A DNA stretch of 64,000 nt from Limisphaerales bacterium (GCA_965657355.1 CBFHOE010000004.1:38072-102071); one strand, 5' to 3'. Counted from the stretch's first letter, positions 50,001 to 59,885 are shown. The notes: generated from the sequence alone by a model not told the origin. Program-made: numbers and translations.

Positions 50001-50211
50001 GGCAAAAGACCCAAAAAATATGACCTCGAATTTTGTTCCTGTCTCAATGAAGCAAAAAATAATTACCGCTTCTCCCATGATTGGCCCAAATAGAAAATCA
50101 AAAGTTGCAGTGGTTAGGTTTAATGCCCCTCTTAAACCAGGGGGTTATCCATATATCTGTACTTTCCCGGGGCATTGGGTTATTATGAAAGGAATGCTCG
50201 AGGTCCAATAA
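47002..50211 (+). CDS. PVC-type membrane-bound-dehydrogenase-like protein: SGNH-like + beta-propeller + HEAT + azurin-like cupredoxin
   Basis: IAFIGNT..ER and FNGIHM SGNH-like domain; GFEVNLFASE and EDTDQDGKAD propeller; HN...CTFPGH..M type-1 Cu site. Confidence 0.88.
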   Translation: MKLNHKLLPKIFLVLLLFFTAESVSAQKKLVDAKNTRTGNPEPQKDPDFAQFGIYSKTASRPQRVKETKTQLPIKFKKNQRIAFIGNTLLERSQYFGYIEAALHQHNPGLNLVVRNFSWSADTPDIQPRPNNFADLEQHLTYEKIDIILASFGFNESFAGPSGLPAFKQSLNSYIQKLQSSAFNGQIGPQIILLSPIANENIDNVSAADRNNHNIALYAQAISEVAMKRGIGFIDVFGPTKKAMENTKVDLTFNGIHMVEAGYELLGRLVSRALTGKIINTFDKPLREEVVDKNKQYFRRYRPLNTYYYTGARNKSYGYLDFLPAMKNFQIMTENRDQRIWSLAQGNDVDGIPKDLNVKQMPVTSQSRGANKWLSPEEELEAFQVDPGFEVNLFASEVEFPDVACPIQMRWDTRGRMWVSCSTTYPHVYPGNEPNDKIVILEDTDQDGKADKSTVFADDLQIPLSFELGDGGVYISEEPHLIFIKDTDGDDKADFKRILFTGFGCEDSHHALHDFVWTPEGDLLFRESIFHNSQVETPYGPVRARNSAWFQLHPKSHRLTSFGSYPNTNPWGVTFDRWGYHVASHPIFAAAFHATNPPFPTQHPRAAGIKAYSGVCGHEFVDFDFWPEEMQGGYVKVRYKPTNRVEFHTWNQNEDAFSESYQKDLIFSTNLSFIPTDLKYGPRGAMYVVDWYNPIKGHAQYSLRDERRDRKSGRIWRIIPKGAKLPPAPKIYNQPVPELLDLLKRPEYRIRYMAKMELRERSEQTVIQELDKWVNHLDIKDPNIDHHILEALWMYKGVDSYNQSLWYRLLDSKNEHARASAVRFLRSWHKKISKEKRNSILKRFAKDKSAFVRMESAIAASYIGDREALDSILPILSSKMGAHLKYAVACALGSEALRAHWMNNSGYEDVNAFFRESKSKDEFAEPTPSASQAQFDSQKDLKVVEISCVPERMRFTKQKINVKSGQPIKLVFTNPDATDHNFVLVQPGSVEQVGSAANEMAKDPKNMTSNFVPVSMKQKIITASPMIGPNRKSKVAVVRFNAPLKPGGYPYICTFPGHWVIMKGMLEVQ

Positions 50212-50284
50212 TGAGTTAATAAAATTAAATTAGAAATGATTTTTAATTGCCCTAATTGCTCAGCCCAAAAACTAGGTTTTTTGT

Positions 50285-50878
50285 TCAAGGTTTGGCTGAC
50301 TCGATGAATTTGATGATCTCACTTGAGGTGTATCGCTTTTTATAACTTTCGTAAAAAAGCTTACCTTTAATTATTCCATTTTTATCAATTATAAAAAATC
50401 CAGGATACGGTAGAATGCTCTTTGCTTCATAATTTCGGATTCCATATTTGTCCATCACCTCTCCCTTTTTATCGGAGAGTAGTGGAAATAAAATTTTCCT
50501 GGATCTAGAGAATTTTTGCAGGACAGCGGTATCATCGCTGCTGATTCCAATCACGCGAATCTTTTTGCTTTTCAGTTTTTTTGAAGATTTTTGCAATTCT
50601 ATCAACTGTTTTTTGCAGAAAGGGCACCAATCAGCCGACCTGTAAAATAATATCGCAGTCCAATCAGCATCAGCTTGCTCAACAAATTCATTCAGTTCCT
50701 TTAGTTGGTTCTCTGAGTCAGGGAGCTTAAATTCGGGTGCTTTAGAATTTACCACCAGTCCTGGTGAAAATGTTGTTTTCCCTTCGGGTTGGGGTAACCC
50801 CGTTGAGGAAAAATAAAAAAACAGTAGGACAATGGAGAATATTTTTTTAACTTTCATAGATTTAATTTCGCAAAGCAT
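50285..50878 (-). CDS. Exported peroxiredoxin-like (AhpC/TSA) redoxin
   Basis: KAPEFKL, FYRSADWCPFC and FPLLSD; signal peptide. Start may be 50857. Confidence 0.85.
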   Translation of the reverse strand: MLCEIKSMKVKKIFSIVLLFFYFSSTGLPQPEGKTTFSPGLVVNSKAPEFKLPDSENQLKELNEFVEQADADWTAILFYRSADWCPFCKKQLIELQKSSKKLKSKKIRVIGISSDDTAVLQKFSRSRKILFPLLSDKKGEVMDKYGIRNYEAKSILPYPGFFIIDKNGIIKGKLFYESYKKRYTSSEIIKFIESAKP

Positions 50879-52244
50879 TATCCTAACTTTTTGGAATCAC
50901 TATACAATTCTCCAATGCCGATTCCATCGTAATTATTTACAGAGCTTACATCCAACATACGCCTTCCATCTATAAGTACTGCATTTGGGTTTATGTCGTT
51001 AATTATTTGTGGCAGTTCTTTAAATTGTTCCCAGCGAGTCATCAATAAGACACCATCAACTTCTGATATTGCATCAGATAAGTTTGCTGTATAAGTGATG
51101 TTTTCTTGAGGGAAAATTTTCTGAACTTCGGTTGAGGCTACCGGATCGAATGCTTTGATTGTTGTTCCTTTATTTAATAGCTCTCTTAAAACCGGAAGAG
51201 ATGGAGATTCTCGTATGTCGTCGGTTCCCGGCTTAAACGCGAGGCCAAGAACAGCAATAGTACTTGTGCTCATATCTTCCACATGTTTCTCCAGAAGATC
51301 TATCATCTTGAAAGGCTGCTTAGAATTGACATCTAGGACAGCTCTCAACACCGACATATCCAACCCATCGCGAGCCCCGTGTGCTACCAATGCTTTTACA
51401 TCTTTGGGGAAACAACTGCCTCCGAATCCACACCCAGCATCAAGATAGTTTATCATGCCGGGCTTAACTTTTGTTCCATCGTCATTTTGGGGCATAAATC
51501 TTTTGTCCAAATGAACCCCGCGCATTACTTTTTTAACATCCACTCCGGGTGTTTGCGCACATAGGTTTCCAATCTCATTTGAGAAAGATATTAAAGTCGC
51601 CAAAAGAGAATTTGCGGCATATTTAATCATCTCTGCTGTGTTACAATCTGTGAAAATCTTATCCACCATAGGAAAGCATGCATACAGTTCTTCCAAGTCC
51701 TTCTGTGTTTTTTTATTTATGCCTCCAAGGACGATTCTGTCAGGATGCATAAAATCATTTATGGCCTCACCTTCTTTTAAAAACTCTGGATTCATGCCCA
51801 CACCAAAGTCTTGCCCTGCTTTTTTTTGTGAAGCATTTTCAATTTCCGGGAGCACGATATTAGATGTCGTTCCTGGAACTACTGTGCTTTTGACAATCAC
51901 CGAGTGCCATCGATTTAAGCTGGAGATTGCTTTCCCAATTTGTTTCGCAGCCGCTTTGATGAAAGAGAGATCTATGAATTCACCATCAAAAGGAGTTCCT
52001 ACGGCAATTATCGAAATATTTGTATTACGCACTGCCTGTGATAGATCTTGAGTGGCTATTAAGTTTTTTCCAGAATGTTTTTTTAATAGTTCTTCGAGCC
52101 CCTTTTCGTGAATTGGTGGTATTCCTGTGTTAATTGATTTTACTTTTGTTTCGTCTACATCAACGCAAATAACCTCATGCCCTTTTTCAGCAAAGCAGCG
52201 CTGACCAAACCCACATAGCCGGTCCCGATAATTGAGATTTTCAT
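50878..52244 (-). pseudogene. ugd: UDP-glucose 6-dehydrogenase, frameshifted after codon 15 (pseudogene or sequencing indel)
   Basis: ATG at 52244 gives MKISIIGTGYVGLVS; CFAEKGHEVICVD... continues in another frame into the 50878-52032 ORF (KSTV, NPEFL, GGSCFPKD, FKPGTDD.RESP). Confidence 0.88.
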
Positions 52245-52248
52245 AAAA

Positions 52249-53373
52249 TTAGAGGTCTGCCGCTTTTAAGTTTTCACTATACCAAATCATGGTTTTCAAT
52301 AGGGCGTCATCAATGGTCCATTTGGGTCTGTAACCGATATTTTCAATCGCTTTTTTAATGATTGGGCATCTGCGATTCGGGTTATCTACAAGATAGTTAT
52401 AATCAGTGCTCTTTTGTTTTATAACATTTCCGGTATAACCAAAATGTTCTCTTCCAAGTTGCGCCATTTTTTCGGCCAGCTCATACATGGAGATTTCTGG
52501 TTTTTCCACTCCGATATTATATGGCTCTCCAGGGGTGCCGTTAACAAGTGTTTTATAATACCCTGTTATGGCGTCAGCAATGTAGCAAAACGTCCTTGTA
52601 GGAGATCCATCAGATAAAAGAACAATATCTTCACCCTCAAATATATTTCGAGCAAAGTCGGGTATAACCCTTCGGTCTGATATTTTTAAACCTGGTCCAA
52701 AGTTGTTGAAAGGCCGCGCTATGGTAACTGGAATCTGATGCTGCTGCGCAAAATTTACGCATAAAGTTTCGCCATACCTTTTCGACTCATCATAGCATGC
52801 TCGGGGACCGGTGCATGAAACAAGTCCCCGATATGTTTCTGGTGTCGGTATGGCATCGGGGGTGGGGTCGCCGTAAATTTCACTTGTTGAAAAAAATAAA
52901 AATCCAGAGACAGATTTTTCCCTGGCTGCCTGATTTTTTGAATAGTTTAAGAGGTTTCTTAGCCCCTCAACATTTGCATCCATCGTTTCAATAGGGTGTC
53001 TTCTGTAAAAAATGGGAGAAGCAATAGATGCGGCATGGATTATCCAATCATAATCAGGAGAATCATCAGGTAGTGGATGGGTTATATCGTGATTTTTAAG
53101 AACAATGTGAGGTTTCTCAGCACAGTTTTTTAACCACTCGGGTATTCCTCGTATATAATTATCAAATACAAATAGTTGGATTGGTTTTTTTGCCTTGGTT
53201 TCATTGTAAAATAATATTGATTGAACAAGGTAATAACCCAAAAATCCTGCTCCTCCCACACACAAGAGAGTGTCCCCTTCCATTTCTAAAAATTCTTTTT
53301 CTAAACGGGATACAATATCCGTAAGGTCAGACAGTATTACGTCCTTCGCATTTTTAGGGTGTTCCTTTTCCAT
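52249..53373 (-). CDS. UDP-glucuronate decarboxylase (UXS)-like SDR
   Basis: GGAGFLG, HAASIASP, STSEIYGDP and GPRACYDESKR; co-oriented with ugd. Confidence 0.85.
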   Translation of the reverse strand: MEKEHPKNAKDVILSDLTDIVSRLEKEFLEMEGDTLLCVGGAGFLGYYLVQSILFYNETKAKKPIQLFVFDNYIRGIPEWLKNCAEKPHIVLKNHDITHPLPDDSPDYDWIIHAASIASPIFYRRHPIETMDANVEGLRNLLNYSKNQAAREKSVSGFLFFSTSEIYGDPTPDAIPTPETYRGLVSCTGPRACYDESKRYGETLCVNFAQQHQIPVTIARPFNNFGPGLKISDRRVIPDFARNIFEGEDIVLLSDGSPTRTFCYIADAITGYYKTLVNGTPGEPYNIGVEKPEISMYELAEKMAQLGREHFGYTGNVIKQKSTDYNYLVDNPNRRCPIIKKAIENIGYRPKWTIDDALLKTMIWYSENLKAADL

Positions 53374-53931
53374 AGGGTGGCCAATTCAGTGAAATTTATA
53401 TCAAAAATTTATGCTAATCGATTCAAATCCAATTACTTAGTCGTAAATTAGTTGGGTGTTTTTCTTGTTACTAACACGAGTTATACCTCTTTATCGCCAC
53501 ATATGTTCGGGAATAAAGCAATTATGTCCCAAAATGAAGCAGTGAAACTTTCTTCACCAACCTGATTTCGGTTCTTCCATCCCAATATAGTCTGTCGGTC
53601 TCATGGGAGATTTTGATAAAAAGATGTAATATTCTTCGCAAATAACCTTTTCGGAAGTGGTGGGTAATCGATTATTGTATGATTCCAAATTGAGAGGAGA
53701 AAATGTGTTTGTCAGAATTTTGTCGTAGCTAAAGTTTAATTTGTCATTCTGACTAGCCTATATGTTTTTCAAATTGCCGACAAAAATTCGCTTTTGATCG
53801 GGTTATTCTTTCTGTTTGGTCGATTTCTGGTTTCTATGATGAGAGGCTGCGTTATCTAAATAATAGAATTATCTTTGTCAAGAAGGACATTTACATTAGT
53901 AGACAATCTCAGTAACAAATTGAGTTTTCGG

Positions 53932-54592
53932 ATGAAACCCAACGATTGCCAAAACATACAGGCCATTATTTTTGATTTGGATGGAACTATTGTGAATAGT
54001 GAGCCTCTTGCACGAACAAACATTCTTCGAACTATTCGAAAAGCTTGGGCATAAGCATGATCATGGAATTAATTTTGCCAAATATCTCGGAACATCAGAC
54101 GAAGCTGTCTGGATAGATTTTTTGAAAAAACACCCCCAAGATAAATCTCTAAACGAACTTTTACATTGGAAACAGGAGGAATACTTAAAAATAGCGAGGC
54201 AGAAAAACCCCGTTTTTTCCGGAGCCACTGAAATGATTCAAGAATTATCCCAGGATTATAAACTCAGCATAGCTTCTGGTTCCAGACACGAAGTAATAGA
54301 GACGATGCTTAAATTGGCCAAGGTAGATCACCTTTTTCCGGTAAAGGTAAGTTCTGAAGATGTAGAAAATGGCAAGCCAGACCCTGAAATATTCATAATG
54401 ACAGCTGATAAATTAGGAGTTGATCCTTGCTCATGCCTTGTTGTTGAAGATTCGATCCATGGAGTTACCGGAGCTAATGCGGCTGGGATGAAGACAATCG
54501 CAATTACTCATTCTTTCAAAGCTGAGGACCTTTCGCATGCTTGGAGAGTCGTTTCGACGTATCTCGAAATTTTGAACCTTCTCATTAGGTAA
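53932..54592 (+). pseudogene. HAD-family phosphatase (beta-PGM/CbbY-like), frameshifted at about 54010
   Basis: ATG at 53932 gives IIFDLDGTIVNSEPL (motif I). HEQTF...IASGS...GKPDP...VEDS..G lies in another frame (the 53999-54592 ORF). Confidence 0.85.
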
Positions 54593-54638
54593 GCCAAAAT
54601 CTCATGAACGATTCGCAGTAAGATGGAGTTGTAAGTGC

Positions 54639-57600
54639 TTGTTGGTTTATTGTAATATTAATCACAATTCATCTATTATGATTATTCGCAAAAATTGGAC
54701 TTTCGGTTTTGGTAGGGAATGTAGATCTCTTATGTGGCTTTGTCTAATGACGCTGCTTTTTGAGGTCCACATTGGATTGCTCATTGACTTAAGAGCTGAG
54801 GGTAAGGGCCGTCCAGTTAGAATTCTTTTTTTGGGTCATGACTCTACTCATCACAATTCCAATGAATACTTTCCTGTTCTCGCGAGAGAGCTTGGAAGAG
54901 ATGGAATTTATTTTGATTACCAGACGAAGGTTAGTGAAGCTTTGAAGGCGGATTATTTAAAGCAATTTGATGGAGTATTGCTTTATGCCAATCATATGGC
55001 CATTACTCCCAGAGAGTTGGAAAACCTTGTTGATTTTGTCGAATCCGGTGGGGGATTTATACCCGTGCATTGCGCAAGTGCCTGCTTTACGAACCAGAAA
55101 AGATTCATAGAACTTGTAGGTGGTAGATTTAAAAGTCACGGAGGTGAAGTATTCACGGCCAAGATTACTAATCCCAATCATCCTGCAGTAAATGGAGTAA
55201 AAGAATTTACAACATGGGACGAGACCTATGTGCATGATCAACATAATTCGGACAACCGTACTATTCTCATGACTCGTACAGATGATCAATCAGGTCATGA
55301 AGAGCCATGGACCTGGGTGCGGAGCCAAGGCGAAGGACGGGTTTTTTACACGGCTTCCGGTCATGATGAAAGAACCTGGAATGATTCTGGATTCCACCAG
55401 CTCCTTAAGAGTGGGATTTTGTGGGCAATAGGGGATAACACTCACCTCGAATATCAAGAATTTTTGAAGTCCAGGCGCCCATTGAAATATGAAAAAAGAG
55501 ATAATATTCCCAATTATGAGCGGCGGCCTGAGCCATTAGCTCTGCAGCATCCACTGAGCGCTGAGGATAGTTTGGATTATACCCGAGCTCCAATTGGCTT
55601 CGAAATTCAAACCTTTGCCACTGAGCCAATGATTGTTAACCCGATGGCCATGTCCTGGGATTCATCCGGTAGGTTATGGGTTATTGAGTCGATTGATTAC
55701 CCGAACGAGATACCGAGCGATCGCACCAAAGGTCGAGACAGTATAAAAATACTCGAAGATACAAATAATGATGGCAAAGCTGACAAGGTTACAGTTTTTG
55801 CAGATGGGCTCAACATACCTACAAGTCTATTGTGTATCGATGGAGGTGTGATCGTTTTCCAAGCTCCGGATGCGATCTTTATGAGAGATACAGACGGTGA
55901 TGACCGCGTCGATGAGAAGAAAATACTTTTTTCGGGATTTGGTATGGGGGATACACATGCCGGCCCATCTAACCTTCGTCTAGGTCTAGATAATTGGATA
56001 TACGGTACTGTCGGGTATTCAAGGTTCCGTGGTGAAGTCGGTGGGGAACAACATGACTTTGGTATGGGCGTTTTCAGGTTCAAGAAAAATGGCTCTAAAA
56101 TGGAATTTCTTCATCAATTCAATAACAACACCTGGGGACTTGGCTTTAATAGCGACGGTGAAGTTTTTGGTTCAACTGCCAATAATAACCCATCATTCTT
56201 CGGTGGACTCTCAGCCGTCTCGCTCGGAACGCCATCCGGAAGTGCCAAAATGATTGCCTCCTCTCCGAAATTTCACCCAATTACACCTAATATTCGGCAA
56301 GTCGATGCCTTCGGCGCATATACAGCCGGATGCGGACACTCATTTACCACTACCGATAAACTCCCTGATTTTTTGCAGGAGGATATTGCCTTGGTAAATG
56401 GGCCGACTGGAAACCTAACTGGGATGTATAGAATTGTAAAAGATGGAGCCGGTTACCTTGCAAAAAATAATTTTGCGTTTGTAGCAAGCGCGGACGAGTG
56501 GTTTTCGCCTATTCAAGCCGAGGTTGGACCCGATGGGCATATTTGGATAGCGGATTGGTATAATTTTATAATCCAACATAACCCGACTCCAAGTTCTCAG
56601 CGCGGCGGATATGATGCCAAAAATGGCAAAGGCAACGCCCACATCAACCCAAACCGCGACCGTCAGCACGGAAGAATATACAAAGTGGTTTGGAAAGGGG
56701 CAAAACAAGATGAAATGCCCACATTGAAAAATGCAGGAGTTCGAAAACTCGTACGCTTTCTCGGGCATTCAAACCAATTTTGGAGATTAAAGGCACAAGA
56801 AATTCTCACCTCTAAAAGAAAATTAAATGCGGCCCAAATAAAGAAACTTAAAAATATGGTGATGCAAAATAAGCCTTCAGCAGTGCATGCATTCTCCACA
56901 TTAAATAAGCTGGGGCAGATAGATGTGGAACTCCATCAGTCGGCCTTGCTTGCCGGGTCATCAGCTGTAAAAGTCTTTGCAATAAAGGCTCTGGAAGTTA
57001 AAAGCGATAGGATTGGCTTACTATATGATACCCCAGTTCTAACGGACGCTGATCCCAGAGTCCGGCTTGCCGCATTTGAAAAGTTGTCTAGTGTTAAACC
57101 AACTGAGGTGACAAAGAATATAGTAATTCAGTTGCTCAAAGAAAAATCTAACCGGCAGGATGAATGGCTTGATGGCATTCTTAAAGTATGTGCAAGAGTT
57201 CACAATGCCTCTGTTAAACGCAAATTAAGTTCGAATCTTCTTTCTAATGGCTCTTTTGAAGAAATTGACGAAAAGTCACCAGTCGGGTGGAGTCCAAGAA
57301 CATATAGCGGCGAGGCAACCCATGACGTCGATTCCAGTGTAGCTCGTTCAGGAAAAAATTCCATACGTATTGCCTCTAAATCAGGTTCAGATACAAGCTG
57401 GCATCAGGCCATACCCGTCAAGCCAAATACGGATTATAGACTTTCCGCCTGGGTGAAGACTGAGAACGTTTCGGGAGCAATGGGAGCTCTTGTCAATGTG
57501 CATATTTCTCCTAATCGTGAACTAACTTCACCTGTAAAAGGGAGTGAAAATTGGACTGAAGTTTCAATGATGTTAAATTCAGGCGGAAGAAATTCTCTAG

Positions 57601-57992
57601 ATATTAATGCTTTATTTGGGGGGTGGGGAAGGTCAAAAGGAACAGCATGGTTCGATGATTTTAGCTTACAGGAAGCTATTATTGTGGAGGGCTCTGAAGA
57701 GGAGAACATTTTGGCTAACGCAGATAATGGTAGAAAGATTTTTTCCGAACACGCTATTGCTGCATGTAACCGGTGTCATAAAGTTGCAGGTGTAGGTGGT
57801 GAGGTAGGCCCAGCCTTGGATGGCATTGCATCGAGAAAAGCAGAAGACTATATCATGGAAAGCTTGGTGAATCCAAATGCCGTCATAGCCGAAGGGTATA
57901 AGCTCCAAGCTTCTCCTATGCCTCCGATGGGATTAATTTTGAAACCTCAAGAGTTGGCCGATATAATGGCTTACCTCATGACTCTAAAATAG
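54639..57992 (+). CDS. PVC-type heme-binding CxxCH protein: ThuA-like + beta-propeller + HEAT + CBM4/9-like + cytochrome c
   Basis: HCAS and RVFYTASGHD ThuA-like domain; EDTNNDGKAD and DTHAGPSN propeller; NLLSNGSFE...WFDDF CBM-like domain; CNRCH...MP. Start uncertain. Confidence 0.88.
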   Translation: MLVYCNINHNSSIMIIRKNWTFGFGRECRSLMWLCLMTLLFEVHIGLLIDLRAEGKGRPVRILFLGHDSTHHNSNEYFPVLARELGRDGIYFDYQTKVSEALKADYLKQFDGVLLYANHMAITPRELENLVDFVESGGGFIPVHCASACFTNQKRFIELVGGRFKSHGGEVFTAKITNPNHPAVNGVKEFTTWDETYVHDQHNSDNRTILMTRTDDQSGHEEPWTWVRSQGEGRVFYTASGHDERTWNDSGFHQLLKSGILWAIGDNTHLEYQEFLKSRRPLKYEKRDNIPNYERRPEPLALQHPLSAEDSLDYTRAPIGFEIQTFATEPMIVNPMAMSWDSSGRLWVIESIDYPNEIPSDRTKGRDSIKILEDTNNDGKADKVTVFADGLNIPTSLLCIDGGVIVFQAPDAIFMRDTDGDDRVDEKKILFSGFGMGDTHAGPSNLRLGLDNWIYGTVGYSRFRGEVGGEQHDFGMGVFRFKKNGSKMEFLHQFNNNTWGLGFNSDGEVFGSTANNNPSFFGGLSAVSLGTPSGSAKMIASSPKFHPITPNIRQVDAFGAYTAGCGHSFTTTDKLPDFLQEDIALVNGPTGNLTGMYRIVKDGAGYLAKNNFAFVASADEWFSPIQAEVGPDGHIWIADWYNFIIQHNPTPSSQRGGYDAKNGKGNAHINPNRDRQHGRIYKVVWKGAKQDEMPTLKNAGVRKLVRFLGHSNQFWRLKAQEILTSKRKLNAAQIKKLKNMVMQNKPSAVHAFSTLNKLGQIDVELHQSALLAGSSAVKVFAIKALEVKSDRIGLLYDTPVLTDADPRVRLAAFEKLSSVKPTEVTKNIVIQLLKEKSNRQDEWLDGILKVCARVHNASVKRKLSSNLLSNGSFEEIDEKSPVGWSPRTYSGEATHDVDSSVARSGKNSIRIASKSGSDTSWHQAIPVKPNTDYRLSAWVKTENVSGAMGALVNVHISPNRELTSPVKGSENWTEVSMMLNSGGRNSLDINALFGGWGRSKGTAWFDDFSLQEAIIVEGSEEENILANADNGRKIFSEHAIAACNRCHKVAGVGGEVGPALDGIASRKAEDYIMESLVNPNAVIAEGYKLQASPMPPMGLILKPQELADIMAYLMTLK

Positions 57993-58077
57993 TTATAAAA
58001 ATTTAAATTATTCAAATTATTTATAATGCAGAGCGACTCTTCGGTTGCTCTTTCCTTTTTTATACGAGCCAAAATTT

Positions 58078-59118
58078 ATGAATAAGAGAAGGTTAGGTAA
58101 AAGCGGAATCGTTGTTAGTGAAATATGTATGGGCACCATGACATTCGGGTCTCAAACCGATGAATCCATGGCACACACAATCCTCGATCGAGCCTATGAG
58201 CGTGGAGTCGATTTTTATGATCTTGCCGAAATGTATCCAGTGCCTCCTAAAGCTGAAACATTTGGTATTACAGAAAAGTATTTTGGAAGATGGCTTCAAC
58301 ATAAAAAAAGAGATTCATTAATCATCGCGACAAAAATTACCGGGCCAGGTCATGGATGGTTTCAACCGCCGGTCCGACACGGAAAAACGACCCTCGATGC
58401 TCATCAAATCTCAAGAGCTTTGGACGAAAGTTTAAAGCGACTCAAAACTGATTACTTAGATCTTTACCAAATTCATTGGCCGGATCATGGGTTGCCTTAT
58501 GAGGAGGTTCTTCAGGCATTGAACGAGGAAAAGAAAAAAGGAAAAATTAGGGTTATAGGATGTAGTAATGAAACTTGTTGGGGGGTGATGAAAAGCCTCT
58601 GGGCTGCTGAAAAGAATAATCTGCCTCGATTCCAGTCTGTTCAAAATAATTTCAGTTTAATCAATAGGAGGTGTGAAAGTGAGCTCGCCCAAGTCTGTCG
58701 GCGTGAAGGAATAAGTCTGCTACCCTATTCGCCTCTTGGTGGAGGTGTGTTATCAGGAAAATACAATGAAAATAATTTCCCACCCAATGGCAGGTTCACC
58801 GATTATTTAGAAAACGGCGGAGAAAGACAAAAAATGATGGCTCGACGATTTGTGAATCACAGAACAATCGAGGTGTCGAAAAGAATTTCTGCATTGGCAC
58901 AACAGTCGGGCTTAAATCCAGTAACGCTTGCTGTAGCTTGGTCCAAACAGCACGATTTTGTGGCCTCTACAATAATCGGTGTCTCGCATATAAATCAACT
59001 TGACGACTGTTTAAACGCTGCTGATTTAAATCTTGGTGATGAACTATTATTAGCCATTGACCAAATCGAAGTAGACATACCTAATCCAATGACAGAGGAT
59101 GGACTTAGAAAATTGTGA
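58078..59118 (+). CDS. Aldo/keto reductase (Tas-like)
   Basis: ICMGTMTFG, DLAEMYPVPP, IATK, DLYQIHWP and YSPLGGG. Confidence 0.95.
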   Translation: MNKRRLGKSGIVVSEICMGTMTFGSQTDESMAHTILDRAYERGVDFYDLAEMYPVPPKAETFGITEKYFGRWLQHKKRDSLIIATKITGPGHGWFQPPVRHGKTTLDAHQISRALDESLKRLKTDYLDLYQIHWPDHGLPYEEVLQALNEEKKKGKIRVIGCSNETCWGVMKSLWAAEKNNLPRFQSVQNNFSLINRRCESELAQVCRREGISLLPYSPLGGGVLSGKYNENNFPPNGRFTDYLENGGERQKMMARRFVNHRTIEVSKRISALAQQSGLNPVTLAVAWSKQHDFVASTIIGVSHINQLDDCLNAADLNLGDELLLAIDQIEVDIPNPMTEDGLRKL

Positions 59119-59132
59119 TTATTTAAGATTCA

Positions 59133-59160
59133 TTGAATACCAGTTGCAAAAAGGTATAAT
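59133..59160 (+). promoter_or_regulatory. Near-consensus sigma70 promoter with no downstream CDS
   Basis: TTGAAT (59133-59138), 16-bp spacer, TATAAT (59155-59160). Confidence 0.55.
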
Positions 59161-59166
59161 TTCCAT

Positions 59167-59885
59167 AAAACCAGTAAAAACCTTCCCTGATAGTCATTTA
59201 ATACTGCCAGCCTTGGTTTGTTGTTTACTAGCGGTTTTCTAAATTTGAGAATTGTTCTCATAGTCTTCAATAAACTTCATACCATGATTGGGTTCTGACC
59301 TAAATATGGGTTACCACCAGTGCAGGCTTGTCATACATTTCATCTTTCTGAGAACCAAGCCATTAGATGTTTTTGTAGTTTTCTGATGCCTTTAGCTACA
59401 CAACGGTGATCATGTTTTTTAAATGATCTATAATTTAGGCATCTACAGCCATACCCTATGATGAAAACTACAGCTTATGAGAACATCTGTTAATCGAGCG
59501 ACGATCTTAAACTAACCGCTCTATTTGGATTGCAGAGGAAACACAAAATTTTATGTATTCCTTCAATAACTCTCATACAAATGGTTCAGCCACTAAAGGT
59601 TTTAAAAAGCTGTACGGAAATTCATTTCTGTCGAAGTGTTGGATGACCCAGGTGAGTTAAGATTTCAAAGATGGGCACCTTGGAGCTACTGGGTATTGCA
59701 TGGGGATGCTCCCGTGGTAATTTTGGTCGAGTTCCTTTCGTTACAGAGAAAAGTCGTTAGGAAAAATTGTATGCTCTTATGGCCATTTCAGTCAAATCTA
59801 TGGCGAAAGATTAACAGACAGGCCTGATTGAGTTTTCCAAATACAAACGACTGACGCGCAGGAAAAATCTACGTTTTGTGTTTAA
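59167..59885 (+). ncRNA. Candidate large structured ncRNA, family unknown
   Basis: Gap between convergent genes with an upstream promoter and multiple nested 6-10 bp helices found by eye (see findings). Ends approximate. Confidence 0.35.

Noticed and set aside
59636..59827. 63-aa ORF in the convergent gap
   Set aside because: Non-ATG start, no clear RBS and no recognisable motif. It cannot be excluded as a gene remnant.
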